DNA of 60,881 bases, filler included, from Sphacelaria rigidula (lineage: Eukaryota): assembly GCA_964200075.2 (NCBI GenBank). It is 8 parts of 8 records of this genome, joined end to end, with 100 filler letters (N's around TTAATTAATTAA, not from the genome) between each part and the next. Parts side by side here need not be neighbours in the genome. Positions count along the whole stretch, not along the records: positions 30,493 to 38,015 come from CAXNAA020014523.1; positions 38,116 to 45,637 come from CAXNAA020014524.1; positions 45,738 to 53,259 come from CAXNAA020014525.1; 5 more parts are not named here. One strand, given 5' to 3'. Below are positions 36,012 to 49,481 of the stretch, one piece after another. Below the pieces are notes generated by a model that was given only the letters and a program-made list of their open reading frames with translations, was not told the origin of the DNA and did no database searches. Made by a program: the position numbers and the translations under genes. Positions within the stretch are counted from its first letter, which is position 1. The number at the start of each line of letters is the position of its first letter.

Positions 36012-39000
36012 TTGGTCGAGCATCTATTCTGTCTCCGGCGACGACAAAAATCCCGATCATACCTAAGGGTGGCAGCCCCGCAACGACCACACATCGCAAA
36101 GATTCGGGAGCCCCGCCGCGCGCGCGCAGAAGCGGGCGGCCCGGCTTCTGCAATGGGACGGATACTGTACTGGATCAAGCACCCGGAACCTAACGCAGAG
36201 GACGATCAACCCCGATGCCACTGACGCCATAAATTTAAGCGGTGCACTGCAGGGGGGGTATCCCTGAACAATTCGGATCACCACTGGGAGGGGTACCGCG
36301 TCAAGGGGTACTCACCTCATGTTTTGCCAGTCAATGGTTGCCCAGTCAAGGGTCATTCTCTGATGGGTTACCTACTCATGCGTTACCCACTCAGGGGTTT
36401 CAAACTGAAGGCTTACTCACCGAATGGTGTTTCTTGGAAGGGTTCGGGATAGAGCTGTGTGATGACAGCGAGGCGAGGGATAGCGATAGCGCGCAGGAAT
36501 CAACGAGTGGAAATGCTGGATTCTGATCTGGTGGCAGCTTGTCAACGGAAACATCTTGTGATTCTGAGCGGGAGGGGAACGGGGGCGTGAGGGCGCGACA
36601 TTTGGACTGGGTTGTACTCGCGTGATGGAGTGGAAGTGGTGCTGACGTCAGGTGCTTCCTGAAGGTGAGGCGACGGTGCGGTGCCGCGTTGGAGGTAACG
36701 TGCTGTGCAAAGGTATCGTTAATTTTATTCGTGTGTTCATGTCGGTCTCGCAGACGTATGGATGCTGTGTCGAAAGATTGTCAGAGTAATGCGGCGGTGG
36801 GGATGCACAAAATATTTGTGAGGTCTGAAGTTGTAGGAATCCTTCATCCCATCCAAAAAAGTACACTGAAGCATAACTCAAGATGACACCACCTTCAGGT
36901 ATTCACTGGGCCAGGATTTTCTCGAATGGATATTGCAACGTGAATATCCTGACCCATATTTTGTGTACTCCTACTTGTAGGAGCCTAAAAATGCGAACGA
37001 TCTGGGCCCAAATGTGCAATCCCTACCGTGGCATAACTTGCCAACCCCTGACACCGCTTGCAACGGGTTGGCTTACCGCATGAGCTCAGGCTAATAATGT
37101 TGAAATTGTTGTGCTTAAGGTCCATGCCACGTAGCAAGACTTCTGCGAGTTAATGCAGTACTTCACACATGACATAGAGTATTCCAGTAATCCGTCTCCG
37201 GAAGGTGTCCGGCAGGGTTTTTGTGTGCCAGCGTTCATACTGCATTTTGAGACCTGGAGGTGTACAGGCTAACTCGATGCAGATCGCGGATCGAATGTCC
37301 TTACTGCGCGAAATACTGATATCTTCTCATATTACCCTGCTGCATATTTGCTCCACGGCAGCACTCCTGGACGTATACGTCAACACCTGCACACGATCAT
37401 TCATTTTGATCTAGAATGTACACGCTGTCGTGGTGCTCGAGCCGTGAAGCCATTTGTTGGTTTTGGTCCGGAACAGTGAATGTCGCCGGCAAAAAATTCG
37501 GGATAATGTAGCTCGGGAACCGAAACAAAGGGTTTTAGAGAAGCCTCGACGTTGGACTGACCGGCTTCGGTGACAGGGACTGTTATTGACCGATCGCCAC
37601 GTCCGTACATACAAAGCTCCCTGGGGAGAGCTGTGCCGCGAAAAAAGGAGAAATCTTGGGCAAACGTGCCGATCAACGACAATGTACACAAAACCTCCGT
37701 TTCACATTGGTGAAGATGTGTCATACTGCAAATGTGCGCTTTTACACTTGCATGCATATAGTGCTACAGGCTGGTTCACGTTGATCACCCAAAAAACACT
37801 CATTGGCAAAACCTCACGCCGTTTTCAAGAGTTAGACTCTAAAATTTTGCACGAATGTTCTATGGATATTTGCGCAACTTTCGAAGATTGGGGTTTTTCG
37901 ACTTTTTTTTTTTTCCAGTTTTTTGGAGCTCCCAGTTTTTTGGGGGAAACCTCGACCCAATCGGACCCCCGTAAAACGACAAGAAAAAAAAAACTCTATT
38001 CAACCAAAGTTGCGTNNNNNNNNNNNNNNNNNNNNNNNNNNNNNNNNNNNNNNNNNNNNTTAATTAATTAANNNNNNNNNNNNNNNNNNNNNNNNNNNNN
38101 NNNNNNNNNNNNNNNGGTGAAGCGGTGGCGTCGATGAAAGTCGTCACCTACACGATCTATTCGACACATCACTTGATCGCAACGACGTAGTCAGTCCATT
38201 GCAACGAAAGATCCTCTCTTTCAGGAAAAACCGATTAGTGCCTGAAACACTCTCAGTTCCGAAATGCCCTCCCAGGCGTAAAAATGCTTTGTGCGGTATT
38301 TCACCAACCAGACCGCCGAATTCCTCGAATGGGATACTGTACGGTAGCTGCATGCATAAGACCTGTGCTCAAGCGAAAAAAAAAAGTTGCCTGTAAGGAA
38401 CGCTAGAGGATCCACTCTTAATCCGATATTACGCTCTGAATCTCACGAACATGGCGTTGTGTATGTAGTCCATTTGTGGGGGAACAATGTAACCATTTTG
38501 ATCTCCGTGATTGGTCAGAGTGGTCACTCCGCTCCTCTCGAGCCTAGTACTTGACCTTTTCATTGGCAACTTCCAAACACACATGGTTGACTTTGTAAAC
38601 TTTTCGGCTGTTCTACGAACAAGCCCCCACCCCCTGCCCTGCCTTCTATAAACCTTTGGATGTCCCTGGACTGTCAGTCGGCAAAACTATTCCGAGGCGA
38701 CGCTCGCTGTCTAAAGGTCTACTGCAACATGAGCCGTCCCAGATGGTCGTAGATGCCTTCTCTGTATTTCTGTGATCATGAGCGTCTGTGAGTGATTCGG
38801 CATGTGGCCAGGTGGTTTGGGGAGGATGTCTCCGCAGCGATTGAATGCTAGCTGGGTGAGAGGACGGGTTTGTAGCATCATCACGTGAATGCAATTATGT
38901 AGGCAGCCTCGTTGAGATACTCGTACTCGTAAGCGGCGAAAGTATCGAGTGCAGTACAGGAGTGGCGACTGGACATCACTGGCATTTCCCTTCAACTACT

Positions 39001-39316
39001 GACTGTAGTGTACAGTCAGCATAGTCAGTTGACTACAACAGTACGGATGATTGTTGCGGTCACTTTGCGAAAGATGGCCTCACCAGAGCAAAAAAAGCCC
39101 TTCTCTCTGCAACCCTCCAAAAAACGCCAAGGCGGGACGTAGTACTGGCGGTGGATGCTGTCTATACTGTACCACCTGTCTGTCCTGTAACGCCTGTCGC
39201 TTCTCATGTCCGATTTACCCACGCCCTTCCGACCCACCAAGTACGTCTCAAACGATCGCCATCGTTGCCATAACCACTATTGCCACCCGCAAGCACATCG
39301 AGCAAAGCACACGCAC

Positions 39317-39589
39317 CTGCCATGGTCCCTGCTGAGCATTATCACCTTGAACTGCAAGCCCACTCCACGGCCTGATATGTCTCAACTCATGTGACCACGC
39401 CAGACCCACCGTAACGATCAAGGCAGCGAGCCAGCGCATCCCTCGCCTTCCGGGTACAACCCCCCCTCCTACTGGCTCGGTTTCCTTGACAGCTGCAGGA
39501 GAATCAGCTTCAGAGTTATCCTGGCCTGCTGCGGTCGTAGGCCGTTTGTTTTTGTGTTCTTTGCGCTGTAGCGCTGTTCCTTCGCACAT
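39317..39589 (-). CDS. Probable first coding exon of a type II membrane-like protein; a later exon may begin at 38147 and run off the contig
   Basis: MCEGTALQRK...GRRGMRWLAALIVTVGLAWSHEL...GPWQ ends at a strong donor CAG|gtgcgt. A hydrophilic N-terminus is followed by a short hydrophobic segment. Confidence 0.5.
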
Positions 39590-41574
39590 GACAACAATTT
39601 TTCGTGTTCTTGTGTTCTTGTTTGGTGAGGTCTACCCTGCTCTCCCTCCTGAATCTGTAGGTGCCGTGAGTTCGAGTTGAGTTTTGCAGGATTATTCATG
39701 TACTACTAGCTGCTGTTATCATTTCGAAAGATACTTTGGCCCGTCTGTTGCCAGGATTCGAGCCGTCATCGGGCGAAACGTACGACAGGTATACGTCATT
39801 GTCTATCATTCACAGTTCGTAAATAAGGCACCGCTCCTGATGACTCCATGATCATCTAGTCGCATTCATTTCCTCGGGCTTTCTCCCATACTATCCCATG
39901 TGTTGATAGCACATTTCTGTCAGCGTGAACATAGTTCTTCAGATCGCTACTGCAGTGAGGTACCCCAACTGAAAGAGAGATTGTATTTTTGTATTCGCGC
40001 TGCCCAGCAACCTTCATATTTCGGCTACGGGTCTGAATAGAAAATAGTTGAGAATGAAAAGGATCAGAACAAATGACTGGTGCGACATCAGTGCGGTGCG
40101 GCCTTGGTGTCGTTGCCGTTGAGTGAATTTACTGTAGATTGTGTAATCACGACCCTCTCAGTGCATCCGGACGCCCACATTTCTTCAAGCATCACGATGA
40201 TCACATATATGCTGGCGTCCAGTGTCCCGATGGAAACGGGATGCAGGACAAGAGCATTACATATTCTTCCATCATTCCAGTAACACAACCGTATCACCTT
40301 CTCGAGTATTCTTTATGGACACATCTTGGACACATATACAACGTATGGTCAGTAAGTAGCACAGTCGTCGAAATAAGTGAGCACGTGCATCTCTTGCACT
40401 GCAGTGTTTCACCATGCAGTGTGTAACCACGATGACTAGTCGGTTCGTTACGAAGGGGATACAGCCTTGAACTGGTTGCTGTTGCACCGTGCTGTCGAAC
40501 TGACCTCTTCGGTCCTGTCGTGGCGTATCTTGTAGCCCTGGAACCCTGCGCAACGTTGTTGTACGGTTCTTGGGCACCAGCGCTGAGCAAAATCCGGGTC
40601 TATTTCGCCCAACTCTGTGGTATACGTTACCTGTTGATCTTCTATATAATATAATGCCCAGTTATGAGTAAACAATGGATAATAGTGTACATTATAATAC
40701 AATACAACATACCCCCGTGAAATCGGGCCTGACAGAGAAGAAGAGTAACCAAGAGTCACATTCACGTGTTGGGTTTTAGATGACGGAAGAACATGAGGGC
40801 TTCGATGTACATACCTGAACCGTGGCCGACCAAAAGAGAATCTCTATTCAGAAAGGCACCATGTGGGGTTTGCATTCCACTGCACCGCACTGACTGTAGA
40901 CTGCACTGACGATAAATGCGGTCTGATGCGTACTCGTACTCCTGTTCTGCCGTTCTTCTCGTAGGCCACAAGCGCCAACGGCACGCGAGCTGTAACTGAA
41001 GCTTCAAGTATCCTTTACAGGATGTGATGCAACTGCAAGATGTAGCGCGTCAGAAGAGGATTCCGTGTCGAGGATACAACAGAGAGTAACCGTGTAACCA
41101 TTTCCATGCGTACTGTCAGTACCCACCTCTCACCTATCGTACCTCTCTTCGTGTCGAACGGCCGACGATCGAAAACTGTTACCACACGCCACCGTTACCG
41201 TCTCAGTGCCTCCACTTTCCGTTCGTCTAACCAGCTTTCAGTTCAGGAAAAAACACACATTCCATGCCGCAGGTGGTTTTCAGCGTCTTTGAACTTTCAA
41301 GAAAAAACATGCGATTTTTCAGGATGCATGTTTCAAAGAGCCGGAAACATGTTTTTCATATACGTCTTTCGGAGGAAGACTACGGTGATCCCTCCCTTTT
41401 CTATTCGTAGTCCTGTTTTTTTTTTTTTTTATTGAGAGCACTAAACGCCTATATAGCCCAGAATAGACACACTCGAATGAACGGCACTCCTTTGACCCAG
41501 GCTATCAACAAAAAATCCAACGCGCACGCAACAAACAATGCTGAAGCGGCTCCGGTGCCGCCCTTCTTCGCAAG

Positions 41575-44500
41575 TCGAGGGTCCGACCCTCACGGTAACA
41601 GCAGGAGCAGACACAGCACCTTCTCTTCGTCCACCGGAGGAGGAGGTAGCGGCCTCTTCGGCCACTTCGCAAGGAAACAGTTTCAGCAATCCGGACGGAG
41701 AGCGTGAGCAAAGTCAACAGCTTTTTCAGACCAGTTCTCCTAATCTTTCAATACCCACTGTCCCGCCTTCGCCAGGCAGTGCAACAGGCTCTACCAACAA
41801 CGTCGAAGCGACGATGGTAGGGACCAGTACCACTGGCGCTTGGGGCGATCGACGAATGAGCTCCTCCGGGGGCGGTGGAGCGGTGGGGGAAGGCCAAGTC
41901 AGCAATAGTACCCCTCTTTCACCTCCACGGGCAAGGGAGCTTGCGGCAGATGATGCCCCCCCCGAGCTTGATGCTCTCAGGCCAACTTTTTCCAAAACCG
42001 CGCGCTCGATTCCCAGGCGACTTCCTACTGTGACCCTTGCGCCAGTAGGGGTAGGCAGCGACTCTTCGCCCCTGCCGTCGCTGTTTTCGGCGACCTCATC
42101 TACGACATCCGATGCCGTGCCCGCCAATTGGGTCAACTCACAGTGGCAGCCACACCACTATCACGGAAGAATCCCTGCCCCCGATTTAGGCCACGGGCAC
42201 AACATCACCAGCGGATCCTCGACCAGCAGTAATTTGCCGGGCCCGCCCAGACTGGGGTCGTCCGAGAACATAAACGCCAGCACACCTGCCCCGCCACCGC
42301 CACCGCCACATCATGGCAGCGGCACTGTCGCTCCTGTTGCAGGAATGCGCACGAGGACGGGAACAGACCCAGGCCCCCCCGGCCGGGCTCTGCTCGAAGC
42401 AGCGAAGCATGCTGTCGGCGAAAGTATGCCCGGTGGCAGCGGCGGAGGTGGAGCTGGAGGAGGGCTGTATGTCAGCGCCGAAGGATCTCGCAAGCGGGGC
42501 TACATCCACCAGGGACGGAGCTTCTCCAGTGGTGAGGCAAGGTATGATGAGTACCCAGGAGTAGGGGTAGGAGGAACGGGAGGTGGTGCTGCCGTCATCA
42601 GGCGAACTAGCAGTAGTCCTACGTCTGGGGGAGGAGGCGGGCCTGTGCAAGGTGGCATTAAGGAAGAGATGGTGGATCGCGCGCATATGTATGGCACTCA
42701 TGGTCAGGGTAATGCGCCAATCAATTGCAGAGTGTACGAAAACCGTTCCTCTTCGTTCAACGCCGAGGACGTGAACGGTTATTCTTGCGGGCCGAGCGGT
42801 AGCTCTACCCCCGGTGACGTCGTAGCCGGCTGCGGCGGAGGCGGAGGTGAAGGAGGCAGAGTCTGCGGCGGCGGCGGCGGCGGCGGCGACAGCGGGCACA
42901 TGAGCAGCAGCAACATCAAGGACAACAGCAGCATAGCTGCAACAGCGGCAGCATCAGCGAGCAATTCAACTGCGACAGCTAGGGCAGCAACGACGGCGGG
43001 GCAAATGCCGGGACGCACCACGGGTGTGCGCATTCGCGGCGGTGGCATTGACATCACATCGCTCCTATCCGGCGACGGCGATTCGGGGGCGGCGGCGGCC
43101 GCGGACGCGAGGCAACGCCCTTCCTCCATTACCAACACCATGGATGAAGGTGGTAACCCCGCTCGCTACGCAGGCGGCGCCGGCGTCAACGCATCCGCCA
43201 GTCCGCGGTCCGCACCACCCTTACACACCATCCGCGGGTATCACAGCCAAGAAAGCAACGCCTCGTCCGTGGGCGAGTATGGCTACGCTGCCAGCGCCGG
43301 TCGCTCTGTAACTCCATCTTCGCAACACTACGGAGGTGGGCCCGTGGATTTTCGCGGAGAGTGGCCGGACGGTCGACCTCCGCTTGTTCGCAAGCGATCC
43401 CTAACGGTTGCTATGGATTCCGATCCAAACGGGGGAGATCCCGCTGGCGGCCCCTCCCCTCGCGGTCGAAGACGGAGCTTGGAGAGGCCGACTGACCTCC
43501 CGGAGTCTACGCGCTTGGAGTCCCCGTCGGGCCCGCCGCGTCCCCTGACGGCGCCGTCTCGCGGTGTAGTCGGCGCAGGATCTGGTGGCGGCGGTTGCTT
43601 CTCGCCCCCGCACTATCATCGTGGAAGGAGTGCGGGAGCGAATGCTAGCCCGGCGGGCTTCAACGACAGCGCTCGCCGCGACGGTCCAAGGTTATCGTCT
43701 CCAGGTCGCGAGCAATTCATGAGCCACTCAGCTTCTGGGGCAGGGAGCGCTTATGTCACCGTTGGACAAACCCATGGCCATAGTAAGAACGCCACCCCAA
43801 GTGCAACCACCACCCCGGCCACCACAACCGCCGCCAACTCTACGTCTACCGGCGGATCACGGAGTCCGATGGATGTGGAATGGGGCAACAACCCCCCAAC
43901 CGACTACATACCCCACGCAGCCGCTTCCCCTCCAGTGTCCGGTGCGTCACCTTCCCCAGTCCCCTCTGCCACGTCCTCCGTGCCAACCGGGTCTGGATCA
44001 ATCGTCGGTCGGTCGCCGGGGCCGCTGGTGCCTTCCCCCGGGAGAGAGTACGTGCGACCGGGGCTCAACCGAGCTCCGCAGTCCCCGTCTCCGAGAGGAG
44101 CGCCACCGTCACCGGCGCAAGCGCCCGGAAGTTCGGGTGTAAGGAGGAAGGGGACTCGGCGGCCTGGCGGCAGCCGCATACGGAACAGGGCAATGCACGG
44201 ACGCGTGAGGAGTTCGGGAAGCCTTGGAGGCGGTTCTTCTCGAGGGGGCGGTAGTGTTGGTGATGGCGGCGGAAGCGGAACGTTTGATGGATCGGATTAC
44301 GACTCGGATGTCTCGGAGACCAGTGCCTACAGCGCGATGGGCTCACTGGAGCGGCAGCTGCAACAGGATACGTTTTTTGAACTCGATGATAACTTGTGGG
44401 TCGTGGTTCCCCGGCGAGAGGTGCGTATAACATGCGCGTGTACATTCTCTTCCATCGGCTGGACGACGGTGAAATAAGCGGCCATGACGACGTCATCGGC

Positions 44501-44752
44501 AGTCTGTCATACCTCATCGACTACAGACACGGATACGGTCATGTTTTCACGTGCATGCAGCTTGTGTTGATTGCGTGAAATGAACGGACGGCTTGACCAT
44601 CCGAGATTCGGGGAAAATGTCTTCGAAACGGTGGCTCATCTCTGTATCTCATTGTACTGATACTCAGTATTTACTGTCATGAACTGCGTGCGGTGCTTGT
44701 CCAGCTGTCTGCAAACCGTGTCAACGTGCAAAATCGTGATACAGAACAGACG
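41575..44752 (+). CDS. Large Gly/Ser/Pro-rich intrinsically disordered protein: 2.8-kb exon (about 41575-44420) plus a probable next exon from 44705
   Basis: 979-codon GC-rich ORF with basic clusters (SRKRG, VRKRS, RRKGTRR) and a donor GAG|gtgcgt after FFELDDNLWVVVPRRE. The phase-0 acceptor ccag| gives LSANRVNVQNRDTEQT. Confidence 0.8.
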
Positions 44753-45737
44753 GTAGAATTGCGCGCGAGATTGTACATCACGCTGTACGTACGGCTGGGT
44801 AAAGACTCGTCGGTGCTGTGCTATGGAAGGTCTGAGACCTACATACTTGTCCTCTCCTGTCCGAAAGGTGTCACCTCGCCTAGAGAAAAAGCTTGAGCGC
44901 GACAAGCGAGTAAGCGGAAACGTGTGTATGTACTTTTCCTTGCCCTCCGCTCTTCCCGTCCGCGTACCATATGTGGCTGTCGGTTGAAAAATATTCATGT
45001 TCGGTTTATTTCTTTGCTTGGACGCGGAACGTCTTTATTTGCTACTCGCGCTAGAGTGAACGCTTCCGAGCTTACAACGTGCTGTTGCGCCGAACATACC
45101 CCCTTTTTATTCGTGCAATCGTGTCACGGCCGTGCTTTACTCTGGAGCGGAGTCGATAGGCAGTCAGCACGCTCTGACATCGGGGCAGTTCGTTCATCTC
45201 ACATACTCGGAATCGTACTACTCCGGAGTAATAGTTGGCATCATTCACTCCTGTCGATCACCTAACCCAGCCATCTGACCCGAAGATTTTTCGCAGACGA
45301 TCTGTTCCATTCACTCCGGTCTCCGTGTTCGCCCGTATTCGGCACTCTCTGCTGTATAAATATGAAGTACACCCACCGTGTACCCCTCCGTATCCACCCT
45401 CCCTCACCCGCGACTGCGGATTAGGGGTACGAGAACTTTTATTCCGTTTTCAATAGAAAACACGATTTCGTTCTTTGCTCTTGGTTCAGATGTACCGACG
45501 ACGGCATCCGTGACTGGTTAGCACCTGGATGTTGATGGAGACGGGGGGGGGGGGGGGGGCTTGTCTGGGGGCATTTGTCCGGGGACGTTTGTTTTTAGTT
45601 TTCAAAGGGTTTCGGGGGGGGGTATCTAGGGTAGGGGNNNNNNNNNNNNNNNNNNNNNNNNNNNNNNNNNNNNNNNNNNNNTTAATTAATTAANNNNNNN
45701 NNNNNNNNNNNNNNNNNNNNNNNNNNNNNNNNNNNNN

Positions 45738-46913
45738 GCAGTCCCATTTCCACTGCTCGCCGTTTTTCCACCATTTGGTTGGCGCTTGCTTCCGGAAGTC
45801 CCGCTACCACTCCTTTGTTTCAGCTGCGGCTGCTGACGGCGCTGCTTATCCGCCGCTTCCACCGCCTTCCATGCCTCCGCTGCTTCCCGAGCCGTGTTAA
45901 ACACAAGCCCATGGTCCTCCTTGCATCCCCCCTTCATGTTCAACACGTTGAGGACTTTAGTTTTGAATTCGGGGGGGTTCAGTCCATTCAACATTTCCCG
46001 AGTTATGATTTGAGCGGGTCCTGGTTTGAAATCTGCATCATCGCGGAACGCACGCTCAGCGCTAGTATTCTCCGCAAAAACTTTCTCCAGGGCACCCCAC
46101 TGCCCTTCTACTCTTCCCATTGCAGTTTGCTCGTTGCGGGCAGCCAACGCTTTCCGCACACCAGCGGCAGCAACTGAAGGATCAATTTCTTCATCCTGCC
46201 AACATTTCGCGTGTCGGCCTAGTGCCTCCTTGAGATTATCTTCGTCAAGCACGGATCCGTCAAAACTCGTGCGGGACAAACACCCACGGATGTGCCTCGG
46301 CACCAGTTCAGTAACAGCCAGTAAGACGGCCTGCATGCTACGTCCTTTATTGTTCATTTTGACCGCCTCTTCATACTCGACGTATTTCTGATAAAAACGT
46401 CGGGACGCATTTTCGCTGAACTGCCGTCCGTACTCTGGGGCTTTCAGTGATCCTGCAGGCATAAGCTCAGTAAACTTAAACTTCACCTCTTCACCTGCAT
46501 CGCCATCACCCACTTTCTTGCACGTTGCCATACCTGCACGCAACAGTCCCAGCCAACCTAGCCGTCTCTCCGTTGTCAGTGAGCTCCCTCACGTTACAAA
46601 GTGCACACTCCTGTGTACAAAGTTTAGATAATTTCTCCGCAGCTGCCCACAGATGAAAAACCTCTTCCAGAAACCAGTGGGTTCCTCTTAATACACGTTT
46701 ATTGTAGAGCCCTCCTGGACTCAGAACAAGGTCATAAGATTGCTCTAAGGGCTTCCTCCCTCACTAGGGCCTGGAGACTTCAAGACAGTTGTTATTCATA
46801 AACACACAGCCTTCGTTATCGGAAGTAACCACATGCGTGAAGCATGTGATGTTCAAATCCACATAGTCTGCTGATCAGACCGCAAGTCTGTCAACCAATA
46901 CAAAACGCCTACA
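45738..46913 (-). mobile_element. 5' end of a probable Ty3/Gypsy LTR retrotransposon: candidate LTR 46703-46913 and gag-like ORF (46531 to contig end)
   Basis: An intronless ORF of more than 260 codons, helical then basic/Gly-Ser-rich as in gag before the zinc knuckle. Upstream is a 211-bp segment bounded by TGTAG...CTACA. pol and the second LTR are not in the contig. Confidence 0.65.
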
Positions 46914-46989
46914 GCAGATTGTTCCACTTGTAGATCATCATGAACCTGCACGTACGTGTACTGGAGGTGGACTACTCTACATACTGTCG

Positions 46990-47526
46990 CGGGGAATGTT
47001 AGATACCACCTCTACCCCCTGAATGAAACATCACCCTCAAAGGATGATTTTCGGGCCCCCACCTTTCATGCCCCCTGGGGTGGTATATTACCGTGGTCAA
47101 AGGCAAGCTTGGCTCGTACCAAACCGCACTCAAGTGGGACCCTCAACGCTCAATATGTAAAACATGTGTGATGTGGTTTGGGGGGGGGAAGGCTTATCGC
47201 CAGTACTGTACCGGAGAACGTTGGATATCACCTCCACCCCCTAAATAGATATCACCGCCACGTATGATCATTAATCTGTTGATGACCCATAAAATATATT
47301 GCACTAGATACCCGCTAGTGGCTACCGGCCGATGTATCGGTGCCAATCACCGATGCAATAGGAGAACGTTCACCTCCACCCCCAAAATAAATATCACCAC
47401 CGAGGGATGACTTTTGGGCAATCACCTTTCTTCTGCCCCTCCCCGGGGGGGAGGGGGAGGGGGATGGTATGTTACCGTTGTCAAAGGGTAAGCTTGGCTC
47501 GAACCATACCGCACTCAAGTGGGGTC
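46990..47526. repeat. Locally duplicated diverged repeat units
   Basis: tcaaagg-aagcttggctcg-acca-accgcactcaagtggg at about 47097 and about 47481; atatcacc/cacctccacccc blocks occur three times. Confidence 0.7.
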
Positions 47527-47741
47527 ATCACTTTTTGATACGTCTCATGTGCATACGTTTGACAGCGCTGAAGTTAACTCTACAGTATTATTATTCATCC
47601 TTTGCAAACAACGATGGCCGTGCAGTTTTCCACGTGTATACATACGACGAACAAATCAAGAACATTTTCGAAGAGAATGAAGGCAGCGTTTTTTTTCTTT
47701 TTCAAAACACCCATGTTTCGAACGTGAAGACGACACCTCAC

Positions 47742-47859
47742 CCATAGCAGCACCGGCCGTCGCGTGGTGACCCGGGGGTCGCGTGAGCGCAAACGCCGGT
47801 TCGCCCTTCGCCGCCGACTCTACGGCATCCATCCACGCCGACGAAACTGCCACACAAAC
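47742..47859 (-). CDS. Histone deacetylase family (class II / HDA14- or bacterial-like), internal exon
   Basis: cctcag|VCVAVSSAWMDAVESAAKGEPAFALTRPPGHHATAGAAMG|gtgagg contains the catalytic RPPGHHA motif. Confidence 0.92.
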
Positions 47860-48381
47860 CTGAGGAGCGACCGACGACAAAATCGAGCACAAATCGCTCT
47901 TTCTCATTCTTTTATTGGGGTGCGACTTTTCTTTTTTTTTATCAATGCCTAATATGATCTGAATTATCCTGCGTAATTTCTCCGTTTCATCTACTTTTTT
48001 TCTCATTTTTCTCCTACTTCTTTCATTCATGTATGCATTTTTTTTTCTATTCATTTATTATCTCTATTCTTAGATGAGTTTTTTTTTGTTTACTCAAATT
48101 TATCATGTCTCCTATTTTCAACGATCAAAGGAGATTCACGCCACAGATTTTCAACATGATGAAAAATAAACATACGACCCCCCCAAAAAACATCGCCCGC
48201 TGCTCGCACAAAAAAACAGTATTTTGACGTGTGCGGCTGGCTATACAACCGGTGAAACTCGAGAATCAATTATCCATGGCTGGAATTAGAAAAGAAAAAA
48301 ATGGCGACGGGGAAGAGTGATGACGACCGCATGACCAATGTCTATATTATCCATGTGTTTAAAAAAACAGTAACTAATTAA

Positions 48382-49405
48382 CCCCTTTGGGACCGGGCTT
48401 CCAGAACGACCAGTGCGGCTGGTTAGGCATGACGTGTCTGGCGTCTGTACGAAACAGTGGCGTGTTGCTGAAAATCCACGTATGTAACCGCAGGGTTATG
48501 AGGAAGACCGAAAGTTTCATCCAATCTATTTTCAGGTGTAGGGTGCACATCAGGTAATGTTCATCTGATGTAGCAAGCAGTACGTGGCGCCGTAGAGAGC
48601 TTTCAGCAGGATGCGGCGACAGGCTGGCCGCCCGCCACTTGTGGCTTGGGATGGTATTTTTGTCCTCATCACTTTGCCACTCAGCTTCTTGTGGTCGGGG
48701 TGGGCCGCCATTTCCCTTTTTGTCGCATGCGACAAATTTTCTTAGAAGGGTACGGGCGTTGCGGTGCACATACATGCAGTACAGCAGTACAGTACAGTGC
48801 AGTACGCCTTTCCGACTGCAGCAGCAGCTGCTGCTGCATACTCCCTTGCACGTTCTAAGCAGTTATCAGCTACCGAGATCAACTGCCTATATACCGCTTC
48901 TTCATCCCCGCCCACTACATGCATGTTCAAAGTGTTCTGCGAGGCATCGGCAGAGGGATAGGCAGAGTTCATGACGATGGCTCCTTTAATCTTTCCACGG
49001 CCCACATGGGTTTAGTGCCTCGTGAAAATGACCACATTGTGGCATGTACACTCTCTCCCGGTTTTCCCCCCTCCACCCTGTGTTTGTGTAACTCTTACGT
49101 TGTAGTATAGGCTGGCGACCCCAAAAACTCCTGGGAACGCTATACTGAATGCAAGTAATACGAGAGGCCATTTCTGAGCATCCGGGATTTGCACCCCTCG
49201 GGAGGCTTATCTGGGCCAGGGATAGGGCCCGCACACGATCTTTGCAGTGACATCACACTCGGTAACAGTCCCCGCACTGGTCGTTCGGGTCTGGTCGATA
49301 AATTTCGCCTCGCTGTGATTGGGCAGATCGCTCCCTGACTTATTTTTCATTATTTCACCAACACATGGTCAACCCCGTGTTAGTAAGGGGTCGGTCCCCA
49401 AAGGG
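48382..49405 (-). mobile_element. Decayed non-autonomous piggyBac element of about 1.0 kb in an HDAC intron
   Basis: TTAA|CCCCTTTGGGACCG ... CGGTCCCCAAAGGG|TAAA, with an asymmetric internal IR (gaacgaccagtgcgg at about 48404 / ccgcactggtcgttc at about 49272). Minus-strand remnants QKWPLVLLAF and a degraded Cys-rich tail are present. Confidence 0.75.
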
Positions 49406-49481
49406 TAAATAGCTATATATATGATGACAACGGACGATTGCTACTCTACCGGACGAACAATGACTCGTTAACGTTCACTAG

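Noticed and set aside
31789..39589. One gene joining the 39317-39589 exon to the exons at 31.8-37.4 kb
   Set aside because: The phases are compatible, but the model crosses an artificial spacer between unrelated contigs.
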